Positions 1 to 7,123 of a stretch of 30,133 nucleotides of DNA are shown piece after piece (positions within the stretch are counted from its first letter, which is position 1; each line of letters opens with the position of its first letter). Both the position numbers and the translations under genes were made by a program. Source of the DNA: a virus (taxonomy: Duplodnaviria > Caudoviricetes); IMG/VR virus record IMGVR_UViG_3300033993_000453, positions 1 through 30,133 of that record; one strand, given 5' to 3'. Below the pieces are notes generated by a model. It did no database searches, was not told the DNA's origin, and saw only the letters and a list, made by a program, of their open reading frames with translations.

Positions 1-617
1 GGGAAAACCTCGTGCCCCGGCTGCGACTGAATGCCGACCACCATCACATGCGGACGCTCGCCGGTCAGCGTTTCGATGCCGTTGCGGTAGAACGCCAGGC
101 GAACGTCGTAGAACATGTTGGCCGCTTCGCTGATGAACTCGTCCTCGCTGGCCGCTGATGTCGTCTTCCAGTCAATCAGCACGCCGCTGGTCAGCATGTC
201 AACCTTGGCGCGGCACTCCACGCCGCTGCTTTTATGCGTCCAGAAGATTTCCTTTTCCGTGTGCCCGGTGCCAAGGAACTTGGCCACCTGCTTGCATGCA
301 TTCAGGTGTGCCCAGATACGCTCCAGCCGGGTCCAGTCGTCATCCGTGACAATCGTGCGGCCTGCGTTAGCGTCCTTCCACGCTTTGCCTTCCTTGGTCC
401 GCATGTCGAGCCCAGCAGGTCGCCGCACTAGGTCCAGCCTGTCAGGGCCACCCAGTTCGATCATCGTGTGAACCAGAGTTCCGAACTGCATCGCCGGCGT
501 GGGTTCGTCCTTGGGCCAGTCCTGCACTGCGTGGACGTGGTGGAAGGTGATCGGGCATCTTAGGAACTGGGCCAGCTGGCTGCTGGATAGTTCGGGGCGG
601 GAATGGTAGTCGGTCAT
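1..617 (-). CDS. RecE/exonuclease VIII-like PD-(D/E)XK nuclease (DUF3799-like), 3' end runs off the window
   Basis: Not in the ORF track; translated by hand from ATG 617: MTDYHSRPELSSSQLAQFLRCPITF...PTPAMQFGTLVH...DMRTKEGKAWK...EKEIFW...CRAKVDML...LIDWKTT...FYDVRLAFY. These match YH..LSSS, GTxxH, KxD, DxKT motifs of the family. Confidence 0.85.
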   Translation of the reverse strand, partial: MTDYHSRPELSSSQLAQFLRCPITFHHVHAVQDWPKDEPTPAMQFGTLVHTMIELGGPDRLDLVRRPAGLDMRTKEGKAWKDANAGRTIVTDDDWTRLERIWAHLNACKQVAKFLGTGHTEKEIFWTHKSSGVECRAKVDMLTSGVLIDWKTTSAASEDEFISEAANMFYDVRLAFYRNGIETLTGERPHVMVVGIQSQPGHEVF

Positions 618-626
618 GGGCTTGTC

Positions 627-1541
627 CTAAAAAAGTGACGGTTGATTCAACTTCGCTTCTTCGTCCGCGAGGAACTTGCTGGCCCATTCAAAATAGGACT
701 GCTTCAGTTCGACGCCGATAAACTTGCGGCCAGTCTGCACGCTGACCACGCCCTCGCTGCCAATGCCAGCAAACGGACTCAGCACGACATCGCCCTCGTT
801 CGTCCACAGCTCCAGACACCGCTCGATAACATCCAGTTGCAGCGGGCAGATGTGCCGGTCGTCTGCTTCCTCGCGGGCCATGCGTCCGTTAAGCGTCCTG
901 CTCTGGTTAATGTCCATCCAGACCGGGCTGGCGTACCGCTGCCAGACATCGATGCTCAGATCGCCATTGTTGTCAAACGTGGACTGGTCGCCGATGAACC
1001 GCTCGAACCGACCGCTGACTGGGCTTTCGTTGTCGCCGCTTTTGCGGAATGTGCAAACGTAATCGGGGATGCCTTGGCGTGAACGGCAACTGTCTTTCGT
1101 GACTTGCTTGTGCAACAGGCCAAGAGCCTTACTTCGCTGCATTTCCAAAACGGGGTCTTTCCAAATCACTACTTCAGAATGAAGAATAAAACCAGCGTCG
1201 ATCATTGTTTGTTCGATGCCATTGCGAAACGGCTTAATGCCGATGTATCCGTCCCGCTGCTTGATCGCTGGAAAATTGCAGCAATGGACGCTGACCAGCC
1301 TGCCCGGTTTAATCAGTCGATAAAGCTGGTCCGACAGAAAGCGGTAGTGCGTGAAAAACTCCTCATCTGTTTCGCAGTTGCCCATGTCTCGCTCGCTGTC
1401 GCTGTAAACGTAGAGCGACGCAAACGGCGGACTGAACACGGAATAATCAATCGATTCGTCGGGCAGTCCTTGCAGCACCTCGCAGCAGTCGCCTCGAAAC
1501 AGATGCCAACTCTCGCCTTTAGCCTGGTCTATCACTTGCAT
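627..1541 (-). CDS. DNA methyltransferase, N4-C/N6-A family, beta class
   Basis: GDCCEVL start, catalytic motif IV FSPPF before SAM-binding motif I VLSPFAGIGS, HICPLQLDVIERC, GRKFIGVELK; GGAG upstream of ATG. Confidence 0.92.
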   Translation of the reverse strand: MQVIDQAKGESWHLFRGDCCEVLQGLPDESIDYSVFSPPFASLYVYSDSERDMGNCETDEEFFTHYRFLSDQLYRLIKPGRLVSVHCCNFPAIKQRDGYIGIKPFRNGIEQTMIDAGFILHSEVVIWKDPVLEMQRSKALGLLHKQVTKDSCRSRQGIPDYVCTFRKSGDNESPVSGRFERFIGDQSTFDNNGDLSIDVWQRYASPVWMDINQSRTLNGRMAREEADDRHICPLQLDVIERCLELWTNEGDVVLSPFAGIGSEGVVSVQTGRKFIGVELKQSYFEWASKFLADEEAKLNQPSLF

Positions 1542-2935
1542 GTCACTGCTCCATCAATAAAACTCGGAACCTGAATCGATACGCTTGGCCGATAACGCTG
1601 CTTCAGCATGTCACCGTTCCATTCGATGCCGTTGCTGCTGGCCATCGCCTGAGCCATCCCTGATTGCATAACGGCGTGGTCGCTTTCCTTGCGGGCCACT
1701 GCCGACTCAATCGCACTGTCGCTGTCTGCGATCACGATATGAATCTTGACCGGCTTTTTCTGGCCGAACCGCCACGAACGGCGGACTGCTTGGTAGTACG
1801 CCTCGAATGAATAGCTCAGACCGGCGAATATCTGCGTGTCGCAGTGCTGGTAGTTCATTCCGAAGCCAGCGATGGATGGCTTGCTAATCAGGACGCGGAA
1901 TTGTCCATCTGCGAATCCCAGTAGCTTGCCCTCTTTATCCTTGTCGTCACCGCGAACCTCGACCGCATCCGGCAGATGTTTCCGTAGTTCGTCCGCCTCG
2001 TAATTGGTATCACACCAAATCAGAACCGGGCCGCTGGTTGCCTTGGCCAGTTCCGCAGCCCGCTTGCACCTGGATTCATTCGTCAGCCGCTTTTCTTCGT
2101 GAATCGTCGTGGCACTGATGCCAGCTGTGTTAAATAGCATTCCGCTTGGTGCGTTGTCGATTTCCGGCGTGACTTGGTGCCGCTCAATAATCATTTGCGG
2201 AAGTTGGTATCCAGCATCCTCGCCGCCAATGTCCGATGGCTTGCTGATGCAAACCGCCCACTGGCTGACCCACGACCAGAAGTCTCGCTCGGCATGGCCA
2301 CGCAAACGCCACTTGCTGGTATCGCCGCTGTCGTGGACGAAGTACCGATTCAGCATGTCCACCGGCTCACAGATACCAAGGAACTCGGCGTGGTTGCCAA
2401 GTTCCATATGGTCATTCGGTGCGGGTGTCGCCGTGCAGGCCAGCCGGAACCGCGTCTGGCCGTAGCTCTCTTTCAGCAGTTTCCGCGTGACGCTGTTCAT
2501 GCCCTTGAGAATTGACGATTCATCAAGCACGACGCCGCAGAACGTAGCCGGGTCGAACTTGTGTAGCTTCTCGTAGTTAATCAGGTTGATGCCGTTGATG
2601 ACTTCGTCCTGGCTGTCGGCCACGGTCACCGGCGAATCAATGCCGAACTTCTCCGCCTCGCGTTTGGTCTGGCTGCGGACTCCGACTGGGCAATGGACCA
2701 CGACCGGCAGACCGCAGTGCTGATGAACCAGCCGTGCCCATTCAAGCTGCTGTAGCGTCTTACCCAGCCCGCATTCCTCGAACAGTGCCGCGCGTCCTCG
2801 CTTGATTGCCCACTGAACCGCCCGCTTCTGCCAATCAAACAGGTTCTGATTTAGCTTGTCGGTCCCGATGTCGAATCCGTATGCCTCGACTCGCCGCTGC
2901 TTCCGCTTGATAAACGCTTCGTAATCCGTGACCAT
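1532..2935 (-). CDS. SNF2-like superfamily 2 helicase
   Basis: Walker A ECGLGKT, Walker B LDESS, motif III TATP, helicase-C motifs GFGMNYQ and YYQAVRRSWRFGQ. Start moved to ATG 2935 (MVTDYEAFIKRK) because the longer ORF overlaps the membrane gene. Confidence 0.9.
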   Translation of the reverse strand: MVTDYEAFIKRKQRRVEAYGFDIGTDKLNQNLFDWQKRAVQWAIKRGRAALFEECGLGKTLQQLEWARLVHQHCGLPVVVHCPVGVRSQTKREAEKFGIDSPVTVADSQDEVINGINLINYEKLHKFDPATFCGVVLDESSILKGMNSVTRKLLKESYGQTRFRLACTATPAPNDHMELGNHAEFLGICEPVDMLNRYFVHDSGDTSKWRLRGHAERDFWSWVSQWAVCISKPSDIGGEDAGYQLPQMIIERHQVTPEIDNAPSGMLFNTAGISATTIHEEKRLTNESRCKRAAELAKATSGPVLIWCDTNYEADELRKHLPDAVEVRGDDKDKEGKLLGFADGQFRVLISKPSIAGFGMNYQHCDTQIFAGLSYSFEAYYQAVRRSWRFGQKKPVKIHIVIADSDSAIESAVARKESDHAVMQSGMAQAMASSNGIEWNGDMLKQRYRPSVSIQVPSFIDGAVTCK

Positions 2936-3123
2936 TCCACCAGTCCCCATATAGCCAGCCCACAGTAAACCGCCTGCAATGCCGCCTGTGCGTAGATGCC
3001 GTGCATAATGTCGACCACGCACCAAGCCGCATTGGTTACCGTCCAGATTGCAAAGCACTCTTTTCGGTGTTTAATATTCAGCACCGTTGCCAGCAGTGAT
3101 GCCGATGCCAGTAGCCACATCAT
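2851..3123 (-). CDS. Small PnuC-like membrane protein (about 90 aa, 3 predicted TM segments)
   Basis: MMWLLASASLLATVLNIKHRKECFAIWTVTNAAWCVVDIMHGIYAQAALQAVYCGLAIWGLVEW: W..N..W, Q..Y and G...W pattern of PnuC-like phage proteins; ATGA overlap with upstream stop. Confidence 0.65.
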   Translation of the reverse strand: MMWLLASASLLATVLNIKHRKECFAIWTVTNAAWCVVDIMHGIYAQAALQAVYCGLAIWGLVEWSRITKRLSSGSSGESRHTDSTSGPTS

Positions 3124-3311
3124 CGAACCGGCTCCGTGAGACATTCGATCACGTAGTAGTCCGCGTTCCATCGCTCGACCGCTCCGGCGTCCAATCCAGC
3201 CGCCTCGCAGATTTCGGCAACGGTCGTCATCCATGCCGGAATGTAGACCGCGTTACGGATTCGCAGCGGCTTAAATGTTTCAAGCTTGTCGTGTAGTTGT
3301 TTGGATGTCAC
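3120..3311 (-). CDS. Hypothetical protein (63 aa)
   Basis: GTG start overlaps upstream stop (GTGA) and its stop overlaps the next ATG, consistent with translational coupling. Confidence 0.6.
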   Translation of the reverse strand: MTSKQLHDKLETFKPLRIRNAVYIPAWMTTVAEICEAAGLDAGAVERWNADYYVIECLTEPVR

Positions 3312-3631
3312 TCGCTCACCCTCCACGCTTCCGCCAATTTCCCCGTCACACCACACCGCTGAATTCCGACAACTTTGATCATCCGCGCCCGCTCAACTTC
3401 CGCCGCTCGTTTCCTCACCGACTCCGCATTGACTGCCAGTCCCATCGCCACTGCCTTGGCACCGACTTCGTTTGCCGTTGCCGGTTTGCCGATGGCTGTC
3501 AGTGCCGCCAAAAATGCCGCTTGCAACTGGCCAATCTTCGGCTTGATTTCCTCGGCCGCTGTCCGGCTCGTCATCGGATCACCTGCCCGTGCCAGTGCTG
3601 GTTCAACGTCAAACAGACTTAGCTGATTCAT
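3308..3631 (-). CDS. Putative winged-HTH DNA-binding protein
   Basis: ARAGDPMTSRTAA motif followed by PATANEV...ESVRKRAAEVERARMI...CGVTGK...W, typical of small phage HTH proteins; GGAGG upstream. Confidence 0.7.
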   Translation of the reverse strand: MNQLSLFDVEPALARAGDPMTSRTAAEEIKPKIGQLQAAFLAALTAIGKPATANEVGAKAVAMGLAVNAESVRKRAAEVERARMIKVVGIQRCGVTGKLAEAWRVSE

Positions 3632-3842
3632 CGCTCGCCTCCCGCCGTCTAATTTCCCTGTCGATGTACCACGCCGCTTTCCGCAGGTCTTCCACTGCGT
3701 CTTGTTTCAAGCCGGCTCGCCATACGTACTTGATGACGTTGCCAAGGCAGTAATTAAAATGCTGCGTTACCTCGATGCACTCCACGCCGCTGGGATGCTG
3801 GCGATAGTGCTGCGGGTTGATACTGTCAGGCTGGGTCGACAT
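3609..3842 (-). CDS. DUF3310 (SaV-like) protein
   Basis: DSINPQHY...GVECIEV...YCLGNVIKYVWRAGLKQDAVEDLRKAAWYIDREI is the canonical family pattern. Confidence 0.9.
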   Translation of the reverse strand: MSTQPDSINPQHYRQHPSGVECIEVTQHFNYCLGNVIKYVWRAGLKQDAVEDLRKAAWYIDREIRRREASDESAKSV

Positions 3843-4155
3843 CGTCTTCATCCTCCTCAGCCAACTCCCTGATACGTTCGACCAGCGACTGGCAGTCAGG
3901 CCACGGACTTGGCCGCTGCATCACTTCAGGCAGCACGCTGTCCAGCAGGCCCAGCACGGCGGTCGTTCGCTCAGTCAGTCGCAGGTCAGGCGTTGTCACC
4001 ATCAGCACCGGGTAGGCATCGACATCGATGGCGGTTACTTCCATCATCTCGCCGCACCACTTCACCTTGGCCGATAAACACTCAGGGCTGAACGCCTGAA
4101 TCTGATAGCCGGGGATTCCGAATCGCAGCATTTCCAAGAATTGCACTGGTGTCAT
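3826..4155 (-). CDS. Hypothetical protein (109 aa)
   Basis: ATGA-coupled to the upstream gene, GGAG upstream, fits the operon. Confidence 0.65.
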   Translation of the reverse strand: MTPVQFLEMLRFGIPGYQIQAFSPECLSAKVKWCGEMMEVTAIDVDAYPVLMVTTPDLRLTERTTAVLGLLDSVLPEVMQRPSPWPDCQSLVERIRELAEEDEDDVDPA

Positions 4156-4517
4156 CGCAGTCCGTCTCCTACGAAAGCCACGAATTTCAGCTCTACCCGG
4201 CAGAGAGGTTGCTTCTCTTCGCGGCTCGCTTCAATCAGCGATTCTTCCCACGTCTTCCGCAGCAGGCCGGGGCCGTTGTCGTACTCGTTCAGCCAATACA
4301 AACGCTTAACCAGAATCCGCAACTCGCCGCTGATGTCGAACGCAGACCGGCCAATGCTATTCGCTTTGCCATCCGGTTCCCAAACCTGCCCGAATGGCGT
4401 GCTTCCAATCATCACTCGCCCGACCAGCATGCCATCGACCACCGCATCAACCACCGCTTCCCGCCCGTCCCGTGTCGTGTATCTGCCCACGCCAAGCGTC
4501 TTTGTTTCGCAAACCAT
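4152..4517 (-). CDS. Hypothetical phage protein (TRDGR motif)
   Basis: Start at ATG 4517 just after the upstream stop; GRYTTRDGREAVV...WEPDGK resembles a common small phage family. Confidence 0.65.
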   Translation of the reverse strand: MVCETKTLGVGRYTTRDGREAVVDAVVDGMLVGRVMIGSTPFGQVWEPDGKANSIGRSAFDISGELRILVKRLYWLNEYDNGPGLLRKTWEESLIEASREEKQPLCRVELKFVAFVGDGLR

Positions 4518-4518
4518 C

Positions 4519-4842
4519 TCACCCTCCCATCGCCACGACCATCGAACCGACCACCACCAACGCCGCCAGTGCAAACACGCACCAGAAAACAAACTCAGCT
4601 CGGTCGCCGTGCCGCTTATCAGCCTCGGCGATCTCGTCCTCAACACTGGCTTCCTGTTGTTCCAGCCAGCGATAAATCTCCAGCCGGATGTCAGCGGGTA
4701 TCTGCCTGGCGTTTCGTAAGTAGGCCCGCATGGTGCCGCAGCTCCACTCATGGCAGGTTCGTGTCCAGTTGCAGCACGGCACCGATACCAGAATCAGGCC
4801 ATTGCTGCGGACGGCCTCCCATGTTCTTGCAATTGTCTGCAT
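4519..4842 (-). CDS. Hypothetical protein with C-terminal TM helix
   Basis: GGGAG upstream; hydrophobic tail FVFWCVFALAALVVVGSMVVAM. Confidence 0.65.
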   Translation of the reverse strand: MQTIARTWEAVRSNGLILVSVPCCNWTRTCHEWSCGTMRAYLRNARQIPADIRLEIYRWLEQQEASVEDEIAEADKRHGDRAEFVFWCVFALAALVVVGSMVVAMGG

Positions 4843-4857
4843 CGCATTTGCTCCCAG

Positions 4858-4878
4858 AAAAAAAGGCCATCCGTGGCC
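4858..4878 (-). terminator. Putative intrinsic terminator/attenuator hairpin
   Basis: Minus strand GGCCA-CGGA-TGGCC followed directly by T7, in the gap after the stop at 4893. The stem is only 5 bp. Confidence 0.55.
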
Positions 4879-4892
4879 AACCTTGAATCCTG

Positions 4893-5333
4893 CTAATCCA
4901 TCACCTTGACGATCCTCGTCTCCGCTCCCACGGTCTTAACCGAAGACCGCAGCTCCCTAACTGCATCCGACCAGCCCTCTTGAAACTTGCGGCACTGTTC
5001 GGCAATCTCTTCCGGTGTCGGGTCGGTAAATATCTGACCCTCGCCCGTTTCCTCTTGGCGATAGTGCGATACCGATTGCCGGGCTGATGCTTCGTTGTTG
5101 GCTTTCCGCAGGCCCTTGAAGTAGTCAAAGCATTGCTCGAACACGTCAGCGGCTTCGGCCTTTTCCTTTGCCTCGGCGATGCGGCCAGCGAGTCGCAGCC
5201 GGGCCGACTCACGCTTCAAGCTGGTGCGTTTGTTGCGAAGATACGCGGCCATGTCGAAAACGATTCGTGCCAGTGCTTCACGGTGCAGGGTGTCTGCTTG
5301 CGCGAAGTCGTCGGCGAATGGTTGCTTGGTCAA
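4893..5333 (-). CDS. Hypothetical protein (146 aa) with C-terminal DPTPEEI...GWSD motif
   Basis: TTG start overlapping upstream stop, GAGGG upstream; helical, charged sequence. Confidence 0.65.
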   Translation of the reverse strand: MTKQPFADDFAQADTLHREALARIVFDMAAYLRNKRTSLKRESARLRLAGRIAEAKEKAEAADVFEQCFDYFKGLRKANNEASARQSVSHYRQEETGEGQIFTDPTPEEIAEQCRKFQEGWSDAVRELRSSVKTVGAETRIVKVMD

Positions 5334-5536
5334 ACAATCCCTCGCAGTCTGCGGACTCGCCGCAAATCTCGCTGGCGTTTCAGTTCCAGCTGCCGCTGAT
5401 GTCCAGCAAACATCTGGACCATCTCGCTCACCCGGTAACCTTCCGCACGCCTTGCCATCTCATCATCACTCCAGCCGCTGCGGATCTGCTGTAGCCGTTC
5501 CATTTCCTCGCATGTCAATTCCAAGTCCAGAATCAT
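5330..5536 (-). CDS. Hypothetical protein (68 aa) with IRSGWSDDEMARR motif
   Basis: GAGGT upstream; ATGA overlap with the upstream small ORF. Confidence 0.65.
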   Translation of the reverse strand: MILDLELTCEEMERLQQIRSGWSDDEMARRAEGYRVSEMVQMFAGHQRQLELKRQRDLRRVRRLRGIV

Positions 5537-5628
5537 GCCAGCACCTCAAGCAATAACCCTACTCGATAGTTTACATTCGCCGCCACGTATTGCAGCAGTC
5601 GAATCCTCGGCAACGTGTACGATTCCAT
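5533..5628 (-). CDS. Small ORF (31 aa) MESYTLPRIRLLQYVAANVNYRVGLLLEVLA
   Basis: Below the ORF-track cutoff; AGGTG upstream of ATG 5628; TGA overlaps the next ATG; fills the gap after the HTH gene. Confidence 0.5.
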   Translation of the reverse strand: MESYTLPRIRLLQYVAANVNYRVGLLLEVLA

Positions 5629-5669
5629 CCGTTCACCTGTTCGCTATAGTTTCCAGTATCGCAAAAAAA

Positions 5670-5861
5670 CTAAGTGCATTCGCTGATTGAAATACCAAGC
5701 ACCTTGGCCGCTCTAACTGCCAGTTTGAGACTGACGCCGCGTTTACCTCGCACAACGTAACTCAGCATCGAATGCGTACAACCTATTTCGGCAGCGGCAC
5801 GGCGTAAACTCCAGCCCTTTTGCCGAATGCGTTTCTCGATTTGTTTTGCAAACTTGTCCAT
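5670..5861 (-). CDS. Cro/XRE-family HTH regulator (63 aa)
   Basis: IRQKGWSLRRAAAEIGCTHSMLSYVVRGKRGVSLKLAVRAAKVLGI fits HTH_3; first gene of the early operon. Confidence 0.88.
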   Translation of the reverse strand: MDKFAKQIEKRIRQKGWSLRRAAAEIGCTHSMLSYVVRGKRGVSLKLAVRAAKVLGISISECT

Positions 5862-5869
5862 GCCCGGCG

Positions 5870-5897
5870 ATTGTAACGGCAGTTACCACTAACGCAA
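5870..5897 (-). promoter_or_regulatory. Sigma70-like promoter with overlapping operator-like inverted repeat
   Basis: Minus strand TTGCGT-16 nt-TACAAT, 8 nt before ATG 5861; GTAAC-N4-GTTAC at 5873-5886 overlaps the spacer and -10. Confidence 0.65.
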
Positions 5898-6057
5898 GCC
5901 GACAATCTAAAAATATTTTGCCAAGTGTCGTAACCCCGCACGGTAACAAAACCCCACAAATTCCCGCCGTTTTCCCGTGCAGGAAAATTAACCGAACAGG
6001 CCCAGCCCGGCCCCGTAAAATGACACTGGCGAGCAGGTCAGGCATGGAGGCGGGGCA

Positions 6058-6153
6058 ATGTTCGATTTCGACGATGGCAGCGACGACTTCGACGATACGA
6101 TTATCTGGGCGTATGCTCGGCTCAGCCGCTGCGGACAGCGTAGTCGGTATTGA
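6058..6153 (+). CDS. Possible small acidic ORF (31 aa) MFDFDDGSDDFDDTIIWAYARLSRCGQRSRY
   Basis: GGAGG 7 nt before ATG; TAAAAT at 6016-6021; overlaps the 3' end of the phosphoesterase convergently. Confidence 0.35.
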   Translation: MFDFDDGSDDFDDTIIWAYARLSRCGQRSRY

Positions 6154-7123
6154 GACGCAGGTTATCCACTTGGAATTGGCCGCTGCCGTCCACCTCGACC
6201 ACAGCAAACCCGGCATTCCATTTGTTAATGACGGCATACTCGGCGTTGAGATTGCACAGGCACCCAGTCGACCAGCATACAATCTCCTCATGCTTCCAGT
6301 TCGGTTCCGTGTGGCTGCTGGTTCTGTGGTGGTGCCCGACCAGTGCCGTGGAAATCATGCGAGTAAACACGCCGCGCGATGCGTTGACCGGGCTGCTGAT
6401 GCCCTTCCCAAGCTCGTGGCCGTGGAAGACTGGCAGCTTGCCTGCCATGATTGGCCGCTGGTTGTCAACGTACTCAATCCCCAGCGTCTTCATTCCCAGA
6501 ATGCGGGGCAGACTGACCTGCGGAAACTCACTCACCTCAGGGGCCGAGTTAAAAAGGAAGTGACTCCATCGAAGTTCGTGATTACCTTCCTTGGCGACGA
6601 TGCGAGCCTTGGGAAATTGTGACCGGAGCCACTTCAGCCCATCTCGCTGCATTCTGATCTCCCGCTTCAGCCTCCGCTTCTTCGGGTCTTTCATGTACCT
6701 GCTGACGCTGTACCAGTCGCCATAGTCGCCGTTGATTAGCAGCACGTCCGGCCTGCGTCTGCGAAGATAGGCGACCGCCGCTTGGATGGCTTGTTCGTCG
6801 TGATACGGAATATGCAGGTCGCTGATAACGCCGACGGTTATTCCTCCGCCCAGTTCAAACGGCTCCCACTTCTTGGCCAAACTCGGCGGCAGTTTCGGCT
6901 TAGCCCCTGCTTTGCCTGGCGGCTTGAACAGCGACTTGTCCAGCGTTTGCTCTCGGCGAAATTTGCCGTTGCACCCACGCACAGTCCGAACCGCAGTCCG
7001 TGCTATTTCCATGTTTACCTTGCACTCTGCGGCAACACGCTTGGCCAGTGTGCGGCTCGGTGTGTCTGGAAACTTCTTGCACAGCTTTTCAGCCAGTACC
7101 CGATGCGGTGTCTTGGGCTTCAT
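6122..7123 (-). CDS. Calcineurin-like metallophosphoesterase with basic N-terminal (HTH-like) extension
   Basis: All five metal motifs: SDLH, GDYGD, GNHE, HGH, GHHHR; AGGAGG upstream. Confidence 0.9.
   Translation of the reverse strand: MKPKTPHRVLAEKLCKKFPDTPSRTLAKRVAAECKVNMEIARTAVRTVRGCNGKFRREQTLDKSLFKPPGKAGAKPKLPPSLAKKWEPFELGGGITVGVISDLHIPYHDEQAIQAAVAYLRRRRPDVLLINGDYGDWYSVSRYMKDPKKRRLKREIRMQRDGLKWLRSQFPKARIVAKEGNHELRWSHFLFNSAPEVSEFPQVSLPRILGMKTLGIEYVDNQRPIMAGKLPVFHGHELGKGISSPVNASRGVFTRMISTALVGHHHRTSSHTEPNWKHEEIVCWSTGCLCNLNAEYAVINKWNAGFAVVEVDGSGQFQVDNLRLNTDYAVRSG

Noticed and set aside
1532-1541. Frameshifted helicase-methylase fusion or pseudogene
   Set aside because: The MTase has its own GGAG and ATG, there is no slippery sequence at the overlap, and both ORFs look complete.
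1-2935. Restriction-modification or BREX/DISARM-like defence system (nuclease + MTase + helicase)
   Set aside because: The nuclease has RecE/DUF3799 recombination motifs and the trio sits in an ordinary phage early operon; no other defence components are present.
2936-3058. Longer ORF-track starts for the helicase (3058), and likewise tail tube (15361), 4751, 3356 and 3234
   Set aside because: The extensions overlap upstream genes; downstream starts have an RBS, stop-start coupling or a family-typical N-terminus.
4149-4886. 245 aa and 192 aa plus-strand ORFs
   Set aside because: Antisense to coupled minus-strand genes; Pro/Arg/Ser-rich composition typical of non-coding frames.
5921-5950. 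Possible att or dif-like recombination site
   Set aside because: No proper inverted symmetry, no second copy and no recombinase in the window; treated only as GTAAC half-sites.
5846-6622. 258 aa plus-strand ORF as the missing divergent repressor
   Set aside because: No HTH or peptidase motif; it crosses the promoter region and lies mostly antisense to the phosphoesterase.
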